Shown here piece by piece: positions 40,232 to 49,347 of a stretch of 64,000 bases of DNA. The notes under the pieces were generated by a model. That model saw nothing but the letters and a program-made list of their open reading frames with translations. It was not told where the DNA came from and did not search any database. Origin of the DNA: Acidobacteriota bacterium. Its GTDB lineage: Bacteria; Acidobacteriota; UBA890; WLXD01. The stretch spans positions 2,336,001-2,400,000 of the forward strand of contig CBDFKD010000002.1 in NCBI GenBank assembly GCA_965248695.1. The letters run 5' to 3'. Made by a program: the position numbers and the translations under genes. The stretch's first letter is position 1, and every line of letters starts with the position of its first letter.

Positions 40232-40244
40232 CCATTGACAATGG
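40232..40244. promoter_or_regulatory. Perfect palindrome CCATTG-A-CAATGG containing TTGACA
   Basis: Lies in the divergent intergenic region between Rieske paralog A and the serine hydrolase gene. Confidence 0.45.
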
Positions 40245-40289
40245 TGTGGCGTCTTCCTTGCTGGAGTTGGTCTCTTGGACCGGGACGCC

Positions 40290-40318
40290 ATGGACCTCTG
40301 GGAGCCACTTGCTACACT
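40290..40318 (+). promoter_or_regulatory. Degenerate promoter motif ATGGAC-N17-TACACT
   Basis: Same spacing and position (about 44 nt before ATG 40362) as the TTGGAT motif copies. Confidence 0.4.
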
Positions 40319-40361
40319 CCGGGCGCAGCCCGGCTCACGGACAGTGGCAAGGGAGGAGTCG

Positions 40362-41699
40362 ATGGAGTTCGCACGCTTCCGGACAGCCGCAGGGTTCACG
40401 CTCCTCGCGGCAGGCCTACTGACTGCCTGCAGTGCGCCTGGAGATGACTCTCCCGAGCCGTCGGCGCCTCGACAGACGGCCGAGTTCGAGGCCACGTCGA
40501 CGGTGGAGGAAACGCTCCGAAGACACCGTGCGATTCCAACGGAAACGGCGTGGTGGGACGCGGTCGGTGAGCAGCTCGCCTGGAGTCACCGCAACGTCCA
40601 CCAGATCGCACCGACGGTAAACGTCTACCGGGACGGCCAGGTGAAGCCCCTGGCGCGGCGCCCGATGGCGGAGATCGCTCGGTTCCCGGTACAGACGCCC
40701 GATGGAGACCTGGGCTACCGCGATTTCCTCGACAGCGAGCACTCGGCCACCATGGGCATGGTGATCGTGCATCGCGGCGACATCGTGTTCGAGGCCTACC
40801 CGCGCATGCAGCCTTACGAGAAGCCGATCTTCTGGTCGGTGACCAAGGTGTTCACCTCCACCGTGTTGGCCATCCTCGAGGATCGCGGCGAGGTCGACGT
40901 CAGCCAGCCGCTGGAAACCTACATTCCGGAGCTGGAAGGGACCCAGCTGGCGCGCATCACGGTGCGCAACGCGCTCGACATGGCCTCGGGCATCGACTGC
41001 TCCGACGCCTACTCCGATGCGGCATCGTGCTGGAACCACCAGGAAGCGACCCTCGGCAACGGACTGGCGGTGGACATTCCGGAGGACAACCCCTACGACA
41101 TGCTGGTCAACTTCGACTACGGCTTCTGGTCTGAGCAGGGAACCGGGTTCGACTATGCCAGCGCCAACACGGTGCTGATCGGGTGGCTGATCGAGAAGGT
41201 CACCGGCATGCCGTTCCAGGACGCGCTCACACGCGAAGTGTGGAGGCATATCGGCGCCGAAGCCGACGCTTCGATCTTCGCCGGCCGCAACGGGATTCCG
41301 CTGGTGGCGGGCGGGCTACTGGCGAACGTGCGTGACGTGGCGCGCTTCGGCGTGCTGTTCACGCCCAGCCACCGGATGGTCTCGGATCGCAAGATCGTCT
41401 CCGATCGCTATGTCGATCTGATCCTGCACGGCGGCCGACCCGAGTTGCTGGAGAACTCCCGTACTCCGCGTGACACCGACGGCGTGCGGCACAACGTCTA
41501 TCAGTGGGACGTGGTGTTCGACAACGACGACTTCTACAAGGGCGGCTGGGGCGGCCAGGGCCTGTTGATCAACCCCGAGCGCGATTACGTGGCCGCGTAC
41601 GCCGGCTACATCAAGGATGCCGAGGGCAGCGAGATGAACCCACTGTCGGTGCTGCGGCAGGTGCTCGAAGGCGTTTTCGGTACGGAGACCTCACCGTAG
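40362..41699 (+). CDS. Serine hydrolase (NylB/beta-lactamase class C-like) lipoprotein
   Basis: Lipobox LTAC; WSVTK, LDMASG, FDYASANT and GGWGGQ motifs. Confidence 0.88.
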   Translation: MEFARFRTAAGFTLLAAGLLTACSAPGDDSPEPSAPRQTAEFEATSTVEETLRRHRAIPTETAWWDAVGEQLAWSHRNVHQIAPTVNVYRDGQVKPLARRPMAEIARFPVQTPDGDLGYRDFLDSEHSATMGMVIVHRGDIVFEAYPRMQPYEKPIFWSVTKVFTSTVLAILEDRGEVDVSQPLETYIPELEGTQLARITVRNALDMASGIDCSDAYSDAASCWNHQEATLGNGLAVDIPEDNPYDMLVNFDYGFWSEQGTGFDYASANTVLIGWLIEKVTGMPFQDALTREVWRHIGAEADASIFAGRNGIPLVAGGLLANVRDVARFGVLFTPSHRMVSDRKIVSDRYVDLILHGGRPELLENSRTPRDTDGVRHNVYQWDVVFDNDDFYKGGWGGQGLLINPERDYVAAYAGYIKDAEGSEMNPLSVLRQVLEGVFGTETSP

Positions 41700-41700
41700 C

Positions 41701-43103
41701 GTGATGAGGAACGGTCGGATCAACCACTTCGTTGTCGGCGCCGTCGCGTTGGCGTTGCTGCCGATTGGCACCTCGGCAGTGGGCCAGGACCAATGGTCAC
41801 GCTTCCGCGGTCCGCGGGCGGGTGACGTTTCCGACGATCCCGCTCTGCCCGACACCTGGAGTGAGACGGACAACGTCGTTTGGAAGATCGACGTTCCCGG
41901 GCAGAGTTGGAGCTCGCCCGTGGTCTGGGGCGATCATGTCTTCATCACCTCGGCAATCAGCTCGGGCGAAGAGCCCACTCCGTTGCCGGGTCTCTACGAT
42001 CCGGGAAACGCTAATGGGGCGTTCAGGGCATCGGCGGAACATCGCTGGATGGTGTACGACGTCGATTTCGCTACCGGACAAGTGAACTGGGAGCGGGAGC
42101 TGCACCGCGTCGGCCCGCCGATCGCCAAGCACATCAAGAACAGCTTCGCGTCGGAAACCCCGGTCACCGATGGCCGGCACCTGTACGTGTACTTCGGCAG
42201 CATCGGTCTTGTCAGCTCCTTGAACATGAGCGGGGAGACCGTCTGGACCAGACAGATCGGCGCGTTCGAGACCACGCTCGGGTTTGGCACCGCCGCCTCG
42301 CCGGCCCTCCACGAGGGCCGCCTCTATATTGTCAACGACAACACGACCCAGTCATTCATCGCCGCCTTCGATACGGAGACGGGCGAGGAGATCTGGAGGG
42401 TGCCTCGGGCTGAGCGTGGGCAGAACTGGGCTACCCCGTTCATCTGGGAAAACGAGCTCCGCACCGAGATCGTTACGGCAGGCAGCCAAGGAGTCCGCTC
42501 GTACGATCTCGATGGCAACCTGCTGTGGGAGATCGACGGGATGTCGGCGCTCACCGTTCCGACACCGTTCGCCAAGCATGGACTCGTCTACATCGCCTCC
42601 GGCTACCCAGGGGCACCGCTTCGTCCGGTTTACGCCGTTCGTCCCGGCGCATCGGGCGACATCACGCTTTGGCGCGACGAACAGGGTGGCCTGTCGACCG
42701 GATTCCCGGGCCCGTTGAGATCGTCCGAGCACGTCGCCTGGTCGTACCCACTGCTGGGTACGTACAACACCTCGGCGCTCGTGTACGGAGACTACTCTTC
42801 TACACCTTGCTCGACCGGGGGTTCTTCCTCAGCCACGACGCGCGGACAGGCGAAGAAATCTACGGCCGCCAACGTCTCGAGATCGGCAACGGCTTCACCG
42901 CCTCGCCCTGGGCATACAACGACAAGATCTTCCTGCTGAGCGAGGACGGCGACACCTACGTGGTGCAGGCAGGGCCGGAGTTCAAGATCCTCGGCAAGAA
43001 CTCGCTCGACGAGATGTCGTTGGCAACGCCTGCCGTCGTCAGCGGTAGCCTGATTCTCAGGACGAAGACGAAGCTCTACCGGATTGCGCGAGACGCGCCG
43101 TGA
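41701..43103 (+). pseudogene. PQQ-binding-like (BamB-type) beta-propeller, frameshifted near 42796
   Basis: WSRFRGP, WSSPVVWG and KNSFASETP motifs; ORFs 41701-42939 and 42525-43103 join at VYGDY/FYTLLDRG. Confidence 0.8.
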
Positions 43104-44116
43104 CGAGCCGACAAGTGCGCCTCATCGGCCCTCGAGTGATGCTTGCCCTGGCGCTCGTTGCCACTGCGACGGGTGGCGCCAAAGCATCGCCGCAGGGGGT
43201 AAGCCTCGAACGGGTCGGCTCGATTCCCATGCCCGCGGAGCGTCGGCAAGGGCGTCCGAGGAGCCTCGTGAGGATGCAAGACGACTTCGCGTACGTGTCG
43301 CTCGGCAGGACCTTCATGATCTTCGAGGTCTCGGATCCGGCTGCACCGGAGCGGCTGGGATCGTTCGAGTTCCCCGAGGAGATCTGGGGGTTCAGGCTCG
43401 CCGACTCGCGTGCGTACGTGGGCGCCAACTTCTTCGGGCTCGGCATCCTCGATATCTCGGATCCGTCGGCGCCGAAGCTCGTAGGCTGGCACGACACACT
43501 CGGTCAGGCGAAGATCGGGGCGGTCTTCGGCAACAAGGTCGCTGTCATCGATCACATGGAAGGCCTCGTGATGCTCGATGTGTCGAACGAGGCGAAACCG
43601 ACCGTGGTCGGCTCGTTCTTCCTCGACGGCTACGCTCGCGATGTCGTGACGCGGGGGTCGCTGGCGTATGCGGTCGACTCGCCTACGGGGCTCTATCTGT
43701 TCGATCTCGCGAAGCCCGGCCCGCCGGAGCCGGTCAGCGTGCTCCACGCTCCTGGTGCGCCCCATTCGATCGAGGTCTCGTCGCCGGTGGCTAGTGGGGA
43801 GCCGACTCTTTTGTGCGGGGCGGGCGGCGGCAATCTCCAGGTGTATGACGTGTCGAATCCGATGGCGCCCGTGAAGACGGCGACGTTCGAGACGCCCGGT
43901 CGTGCCGAGCGCGTCGCGCTGGAGGGCACGCTCGCCTACGTTGCCGACGGCCAGGCCGGAGTTCAGATCGTGGACCTTTCGACGCCTTCCGAACCCAGAT
44001 CGATCGGCTCCTACGAGACTGCAGGACCGGCGCGCGATGTTGCCGTGACGGGTTCGCACGTCTTCGTCGTCGTGGGCGGTGAGGACGCAGAAGTGTTGAT
44101 TCTGAGACGGTCCTGA
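43100..44116 (+). CDS. LVIVD-repeat protein
   Basis: Repeated units such as AYVAD-GVQIVDLS-P-P; signal peptide. Confidence 0.85.
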   Translation: MTSRQVRLIGPRVMLALALVATATGGAKASPQGVSLERVGSIPMPAERRQGRPRSLVRMQDDFAYVSLGRTFMIFEVSDPAAPERLGSFEFPEEIWGFRLADSRAYVGANFFGLGILDISDPSAPKLVGWHDTLGQAKIGAVFGNKVAVIDHMEGLVMLDVSNEAKPTVVGSFFLDGYARDVVTRGSLAYAVDSPTGLYLFDLAKPGPPEPVSVLHAPGAPHSIEVSSPVASGEPTLLCGAGGGNLQVYDVSNPMAPVKTATFETPGRAERVALEGTLAYVADGQAGVQIVDLSTPSEPRSIGSYETAGPARDVAVTGSHVFVVVGGEDAEVLILRRS

Positions 44117-44334
44117 CGAGGCGGTGGGCGGCGCTTCGAATGGTGCACGCACGGGCCCCTGTAGTGTTGCGGATGAAAACGACTTCGCCGTCGTACGACT
44201 CTCTTTCACGAAGGTCACCGCCGTGGGAACCTAGGCCGGTTCGCTCATTGAGACCGATGACTTGCAGACAGGGCAGCGTTGAGCCACGAAAGACCGCGCA
44301 ACGCTGAGGCGCATCGAAGCGCCGGAGGAGATCC

Positions 44335-45759
44335 ATGAAGAAGAAAGACACGAAAGCGCCGACGGGCAACGAGGGCATCAGCCGGCGGGACTTCGCCAAG
44401 ACCTCGGTAGCCGCCGGCGCCGCCGCCGTAGCGCTGCCGGGATCCGTGCGCGGCGAGATGGTCAGGGGAATGTCCCCGACGGGCACCGGGAAGCCCCATT
44501 CGGGCAACTGGGCCAGCGGACTCACGATCCCACAGGAGTACTACGTCGACGCGGCGCGCTACGTCGCCGACGAGAAGTACCTGTCCGAGAACATGTGGCT
44601 GTACGTCGACCACGAGTCGAGCATCCCGGACCCCGGCGACTTCTTCGTCTACGAGTTCGGGCGCGCCGAGAGCATCCTCATCGTTCGCGGTCAGGACAAC
44701 GAGGTGCGGGCGTTTTACAACGTCTGTCGCCATCGCGGCTCGCGGCTCTGCCGCCACGACGCGGATTCGATTCCGAGCGACCCGCGCCTGTCGGTCAAGC
44801 AGCTCGGACAGACGGGCAACTCGCCGGTGTTCCGCTGCCCCTACCATGCCTGGACGTACGACACCGAGGGCAGCCTGATCTATGCCTACGGCATGCAGGA
44901 AGACTTCGACCCGGCCGACAACGGGTTGGTTCCCTGTCACCTGCACATCGAGACCGGCAGCATCCACGTGCACCTTTCGCCCGGGGCCGAAAAGCCGGCC
45001 TTCGAGGACGCGATGGCGAGCCTCCGCAACCTCGGCGAGATGTACGGCATGGCCGGTCTGAAGGTCGGCGTCCGCGAGAAGTACCACGTCAAGGCCAACT
45101 GGAAGCTGGCGTTCGAGAACTTCCTGGAGTGCTATCACTGCGGTCCATCGCACACGTCCCTGGTGACGACGCACCACTGGGATGAGGAAGGCACTCCCGA
45201 GGTGTGGGAAGAGCAATCCGCCAAGGTCCGCGATTGGGCGCCCGACTTCCAGCGCCAGCGCTGGGGCGAGGAGGCCGAGGGTGGCATGGGCGGCATGAGC
45301 GGCGACGACGGCGATTCACCGTACCCGTCGACGTCCGGGATGCTCAACCCCGGCTTCGTGACCGGCTCGCTCGACGGCAAGGCCGTCGCGCCACGGCTGC
45401 CGAACCGCCCCGAGTGGACCCACGAGTCGCGAGTTGCGACGACGGGGCACACGATGGGCTACTGGCAGTGCTACGACGACCACATCATGGTGGCGCGCTT
45501 CACGCCGCGTGACGTCGACAGCACCGACGCCGAGATCATCTGGCTCGTACACCCCGACGCTGTCGAGGGGCGCGACTTCGACCCCGAGAAGGTCAAGGGC
45601 CTGTGGCACGTCACCATCCAGGAAGACGCCTGGATCACCGTCAACAACCACGACGGCATCCGCTCGGCGGCATACGGATCGGGACAATACTCCCGCAACG
45701 AGCGCAGCCTGGTGAACTTCATGGACTGGTACATGAACGAGGTGGTCCCGAACAGCTAG
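44335..45759 (+). CDS. Rieske non-heme iron oxygenase alpha subunit (GbcA/Stc2-like) with Tat signal, paralog B
   Basis: RBS GGAGGAG; SRRDFAK leader; CRH...CPYH; NWKLAFENFLECYHCGPSH; long stretches identical to paralog A. Confidence 0.9.
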   Translation: MKKKDTKAPTGNEGISRRDFAKTSVAAGAAAVALPGSVRGEMVRGMSPTGTGKPHSGNWASGLTIPQEYYVDAARYVADEKYLSENMWLYVDHESSIPDPGDFFVYEFGRAESILIVRGQDNEVRAFYNVCRHRGSRLCRHDADSIPSDPRLSVKQLGQTGNSPVFRCPYHAWTYDTEGSLIYAYGMQEDFDPADNGLVPCHLHIETGSIHVHLSPGAEKPAFEDAMASLRNLGEMYGMAGLKVGVREKYHVKANWKLAFENFLECYHCGPSHTSLVTTHHWDEEGTPEVWEEQSAKVRDWAPDFQRQRWGEEAEGGMGGMSGDDGDSPYPSTSGMLNPGFVTGSLDGKAVAPRLPNRPEWTHESRVATTGHTMGYWQCYDDHIMVARFTPRDVDSTDAEIIWLVHPDAVEGRDFDPEKVKGLWHVTIQEDAWITVNNHDGIRSAAYGSGQYSRNERSLVNFMDWYMNEVVPNS

Positions 45760-45765
45760 GCCAGG

Positions 45766-45905
45766 CGGACTGAATCCGGCGACGGACGCTCGTGTGTTCG
45801 CCGCTGTGGCCGCGGATCGTCGTGGGCTCTGATGTGTTGGCAATCGTGCCGACAGCGCTACGCACCGCGCGTATCGATCCGTCGACAGCGCTAGAGGTCA
45901 ACTAG
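45766..45905 (+). pseudogene. Orphan 3'-end remnant of an ADOP/FtsX permease
   Basis: Translates, with one frameshift, as [45 protein letters not shown], resembling the C-termini of the other permeases in the window. Confidence 0.55.
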
Positions 45906-45932
45906 TCTCGGGGCAGCTAGAATCCTCGCGTC

Positions 45933-46312
45933 ATGTTCAGGTCAGTCCTCGTCTTGGTCGTCGGTACCGTCATGCTCCCCGGGTGCGCATCAGCCCTGAG
46001 ACCTCGATTGGCGATCTCCCGAACATCGTCATTCTGTTCGCCGACGACCTCGGCTATGGCGACCTAGGCGTCTACGGCAACCCGACCATCCGAACCCCCA
46101 ACCTCGATCGCATGGCGGCCGAGGGCATGAAGTTCACACAGCTGTACGTCGGCGCCTCGGTGTGCACACCGAGCCGAGCGGCGCTGATCACAGGACGCCT
46201 GCCGATCCGAAGCGGGATGGCCAACGACCGCTTCCGGGTGATCTTCCCTCCCTCCGAGGGAGGCCTACCGGACTCCGAGCTCACGATCGCGGAGGCGCTC
46301 AAGAGCGCCGGG
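45933..46312 (+). pseudogene. Truncated arylsulfatase (N-terminal fragment)
   Basis: Lipoprotein leader from ATG 45933 is 1 nt out of frame with [15 protein letters not shown]...[12 protein letters not shown]. Similarity ends at ALKSAG, before the usual GKWHLG motif. Confidence 0.75.
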
Positions 46313-46432
46313 TGCCTGCAGGATGGGCCGACCCCGGTCGCCGTCTCGATAGGCGGCCCAGGCCAGCAGGCCATCTCGTGCGCGTTCTACGATAGCCGCA
46401 AGATCGGCCCGGCACTGCACAGGGAGAGAACA

Positions 46433-47302
46433 TTGAGCGGACTCACCGGCATCAACCTGGCGATGCAAACCCCGATGCATGCCGACGGCAGCATCGACTA
46501 CGCACGCTGGGAAGAGCTCATCGACATCTACATCGACGCCGGCGTCCACGGTCTGGTACTCGGTGCCGGCACCGGACAGCATCCCTACCTGACCCGAGAG
46601 GAATGCAATCGGCTTTACGAGCTCGGCGCCGGGCGTATCGAGGGCGGCTGCAGCCTGATTTGCCAGACCTCCGCACTGGTGTTCGACGAAGCCGTCGAGC
46701 GCAGCAAACATGCTCAGGGGCTCGGTGCCAATGCGCTGATGATCCTGCCGCCCTACCTCGAAGGCCCCGAAGACGACGACGGGTTGTTTGCCTTCTACGA
46801 GGCCATCGATTCCGCGGTCGAAACCGACATCATCGGCTACAACATCCCGCAAACCGCCGGCATCGGAATCTCCGTCGAGCTGTTCAAACGTCTCAACCAG
46901 CTCGAGCACTTCAACTACATCAAGGACAGTGCCGGCAACCTGGCCACCCACCAGGAGTACCTGGCCACCGGATATGGCGTCTTGAACGGTTGCGACCCCA
47001 ATACCGTCTTCAGCTTCATCGCCGGGGCGCCGGGGTGTATCTGGGGCGGCGCGAACTACATGCCACGTGAGGCCGTCCGCCTGTTCGAGCTGGTAGCCGG
47101 CAACGACATCGCCGGCGCCATGGAACTGTGGTCGCGGATGATCCCGTCGCTGCTCTGCATCTGGAGCGGCAACTACGTTCCCAAGGTCAAGGCGGCCTCC
47201 CGGCAGCGTGGCTTCGACGGCGGTCCCGTGCGCGCGCCGCTGCAAGAGCTAACCGTCGACGAGGCGCGTGAGCTCACCGCCTCTCTCGAGCCGCTGGGCT
47301 GA
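46433..47302 (+). CDS. Dihydrodipicolinate synthase / N-acetylneuraminate lyase family enzyme
   Basis: RBS GGAGAG and TTG start; GTGQ, GYNIP and YIKDS (Schiff-base Lys) motifs. Confidence 0.85.
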   Translation: MSGLTGINLAMQTPMHADGSIDYARWEELIDIYIDAGVHGLVLGAGTGQHPYLTREECNRLYELGAGRIEGGCSLICQTSALVFDEAVERSKHAQGLGANALMILPPYLEGPEDDDGLFAFYEAIDSAVETDIIGYNIPQTAGIGISVELFKRLNQLEHFNYIKDSAGNLATHQEYLATGYGVLNGCDPNTVFSFIAGAPGCIWGGANYMPREAVRLFELVAGNDIAGAMELWSRMIPSLLCIWSGNYVPKVKAASRQRGFDGGPVRAPLQELTVDEARELTASLEPLG

Positions 47303-47389
47303 ACGGTCTCGCTCAGCGAGTCAATCTCACCTGAGGCGCATGCAGATGCGTGGCCATCGCGGCGCGCTCGGGGGAGCCGGACGCTGCCT

Positions 47390-47425
47390 CCGTTGGATCT
47401 CGACCGCGACGGCGGTACGCTGCAG
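47390..47425 (+). promoter_or_regulatory. Promoter-like motif, copy 5 (TTGGAT-N17-TACGCT)
   Basis: ccgTTGGATctcgaccgcgacggcggTACGCTgcag, about 70 nt upstream of ATG 47492. Confidence 0.6.
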
Positions 47426-47491
47426 GCGCTCAACGACCTGCTTCGGGAACCCCATGGAACCCGATACCTTCGCGAGAACAGCGAGGCGGCT

Positions 47492-49309
47492 ATGAAGGCA
47501 ATTCGGATCCTGACCCTGATACTTCTTGTTCCGGTCTCTGCAGTCTTGGCGCAGCAGTCGCGCATGCCCGCGACGTCCGCGCAGGTCGCCAGGCCCGGAG
47601 GGACGCTGCCGGGCAACGTCGAGATCTCGCTCGTCAAGATCGCCGACGGCTTTCAGGACCCGACCAATGTTGCCAGCGCCGGGGACGGCACCGGGCGGAT
47701 CTTTGTCGTCGAGCGCGCCGGCCGGGTCCGGGTTGTGCACCGGGACGGGCGCGTGCAGGAAGAGCCGTTTCTCGATCTCACCAGCATCAATCCGTTGGGA
47801 AGCGACGTGCAGACGGGCTTCGTCGAGCAGGGGCTCTACGCCATCGCGTTCCATCCCGAGTTCAGCGACAACGGGTATTTCTACGCCCACTACGCGTCGT
47901 TGCCGTTCAACGGAGACGGAGTGATCGTGCGCTTTCAGGTCGACCCGAAAAGCCCGGACACCGTGACGGCGGAGCGCACCCGCCAGACCGCGAAGGTCCT
48001 GATGCGGATCGAGCAGCCTTACTACAACCACAACGGGGGGCAGATCGAGTTCGGCCCCGACGGCTATCTCTACATCGGGTCCGGGGACGGCGGCTGGGAA
48101 GGCGATCCGCTGGAGGCTGGGCAGGATCTCTCGACGCTGCTCGGCAAGATGATCCGGATCGATGTCGACACCTCCGACAACGACCGCATCCCCTACAGGA
48201 TTCCCGAGACGAACCCGTTAGCGGGCGCCAACGACGAACGGCTGATGCAGCTCTTCGGAATCTCGGAGCTCGCTTTCTCGAAGATCAAGACGCGCGGGCG
48301 CCCAGAAATCTGGGCGTTCGGCGTGCGCAACCCGTATGAGTTTTCCTTCGACCTGAAGACGGGCGATCTGTACATCGCCGACGTCGGACAGAACCACTGG
48401 GAGGAGATCATCTTCCAGCCCTCGGCGAGCCGTGGAGGGGAGAACTATGGCTGGCCGAAGATGAACGGAACGAAGTGCTACCCCATGACAGGCGCGACCG
48501 ATGAGTGCGCGCAGGTGGGATTGCTGCCGGCAGCGGAGTATCCGCACGAGGTTCCCTACCCGGGAGCAGCACCGCTCACGGGAGGCTTCGGTTGCTCGGT
48601 GCAGGGACTGGGGGTGGCGAACTACGGCGGAATGAACGGCGTTTATCTGGTGGGCGACTGGTGCTCCGGGCGCGTCTTCGGTCTCGGATGGGACGGCGAG
48701 CGCTGGCAGCTGGAGGAGCTTCTGCAGACGAACCTGCAGTTCACCGCCGGAGGCTATGACGAAGACGGCTTCGTCCTCGCCGTCAACTGCAACTGCTTCT
48801 ACACGTCTGACCGCGGTCCCGCCGCGAATCCGCCGGGCGCGCTCTGGCGCATCGTCCCTTCGAGCGAGGTCGGGCCCGATGCCGAAGTCGCGAGAGTGGT
48901 CGCAACAGATTCAACGGGTGACGTGGCAGGCGGCCCCCTGGTCTTTCGGAACGCCCTGGACAACACGCCGCTGGATTTCAACAGCGAGCCGGAAGTAAGC
49001 CTGTCGGCGACGGCGCGGCAATTCCGGGATTCCGGAGTGAATCCGTACAAAGGGAATGCGACCGCGGTCGCCGAGGGAAGGACGGCCTATCTCCAGGAGT
49101 GCGCCTCCTGTCACCTGGAGGACGCTACCGGGCGCATAGGGTCGAACCTCGTCGACGATCAGTACGCTCACGCGCGCGTCTCCACGGACGTCGGGATGTT
49201 CGAGGTGATCTACGCCGGCGGGGTGGGCGCGATGCAGCCCGCCGCCGGACGCATCACCCTCGACGAGATGCTGAAGATCATGGCGTTTCTCGACTCGTTG
49301 CAGAGATGA
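47492..49309 (+). CDS. PQQ-dependent sugar dehydrogenase (sGDH/GSDH type) fused to a C-terminal cytochrome cL (MxaG-like) domain
   Basis: Signal peptide; EQGLYAIAFHP, NHNGG, GDGG, GVRNP and ADVGQ motifs; C-terminal CASCH...TDVGMFEVIYAGG...TLDEML. Confidence 0.85.
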   Translation: MKAIRILTLILLVPVSAVLAQQSRMPATSAQVARPGGTLPGNVEISLVKIADGFQDPTNVASAGDGTGRIFVVERAGRVRVVHRDGRVQEEPFLDLTSINPLGSDVQTGFVEQGLYAIAFHPEFSDNGYFYAHYASLPFNGDGVIVRFQVDPKSPDTVTAERTRQTAKVLMRIEQPYYNHNGGQIEFGPDGYLYIGSGDGGWEGDPLEAGQDLSTLLGKMIRIDVDTSDNDRIPYRIPETNPLAGANDERLMQLFGISELAFSKIKTRGRPEIWAFGVRNPYEFSFDLKTGDLYIADVGQNHWEEIIFQPSASRGGENYGWPKMNGTKCYPMTGATDECAQVGLLPAAEYPHEVPYPGAAPLTGGFGCSVQGLGVANYGGMNGVYLVGDWCSGRVFGLGWDGERWQLEELLQTNLQFTAGGYDEDGFVLAVNCNCFYTSDRGPAANPPGALWRIVPSSEVGPDAEVARVVATDSTGDVAGGPLVFRNALDNTPLDFNSEPEVSLSATARQFRDSGVNPYKGNATAVAEGRTAYLQECASCHLEDATGRIGSNLVDDQYAHARVSTDVGMFEVIYAGGVGAMQPAAGRITLDEMLKIMAFLDSLQR

Positions 49310-49347
49310 CAAACGAGCCTGCCGCCGACCTCGGTCGCCATCGTCCC

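Noticed and set aside
38633-40495. 620-aa version of Rieske paralog A
   Set aside because: The extension overlaps the divergent gene; the RBS and alignment with paralog B support ATG 40159.
45983-47302. 439-aa sulfatase-DHDPS fusion ORF
   Set aside because: The sulfatase part is truncated and frameshifted from its leader, and the DHDPS gene has its own RBS and start, so the in-frame join looks accidental.
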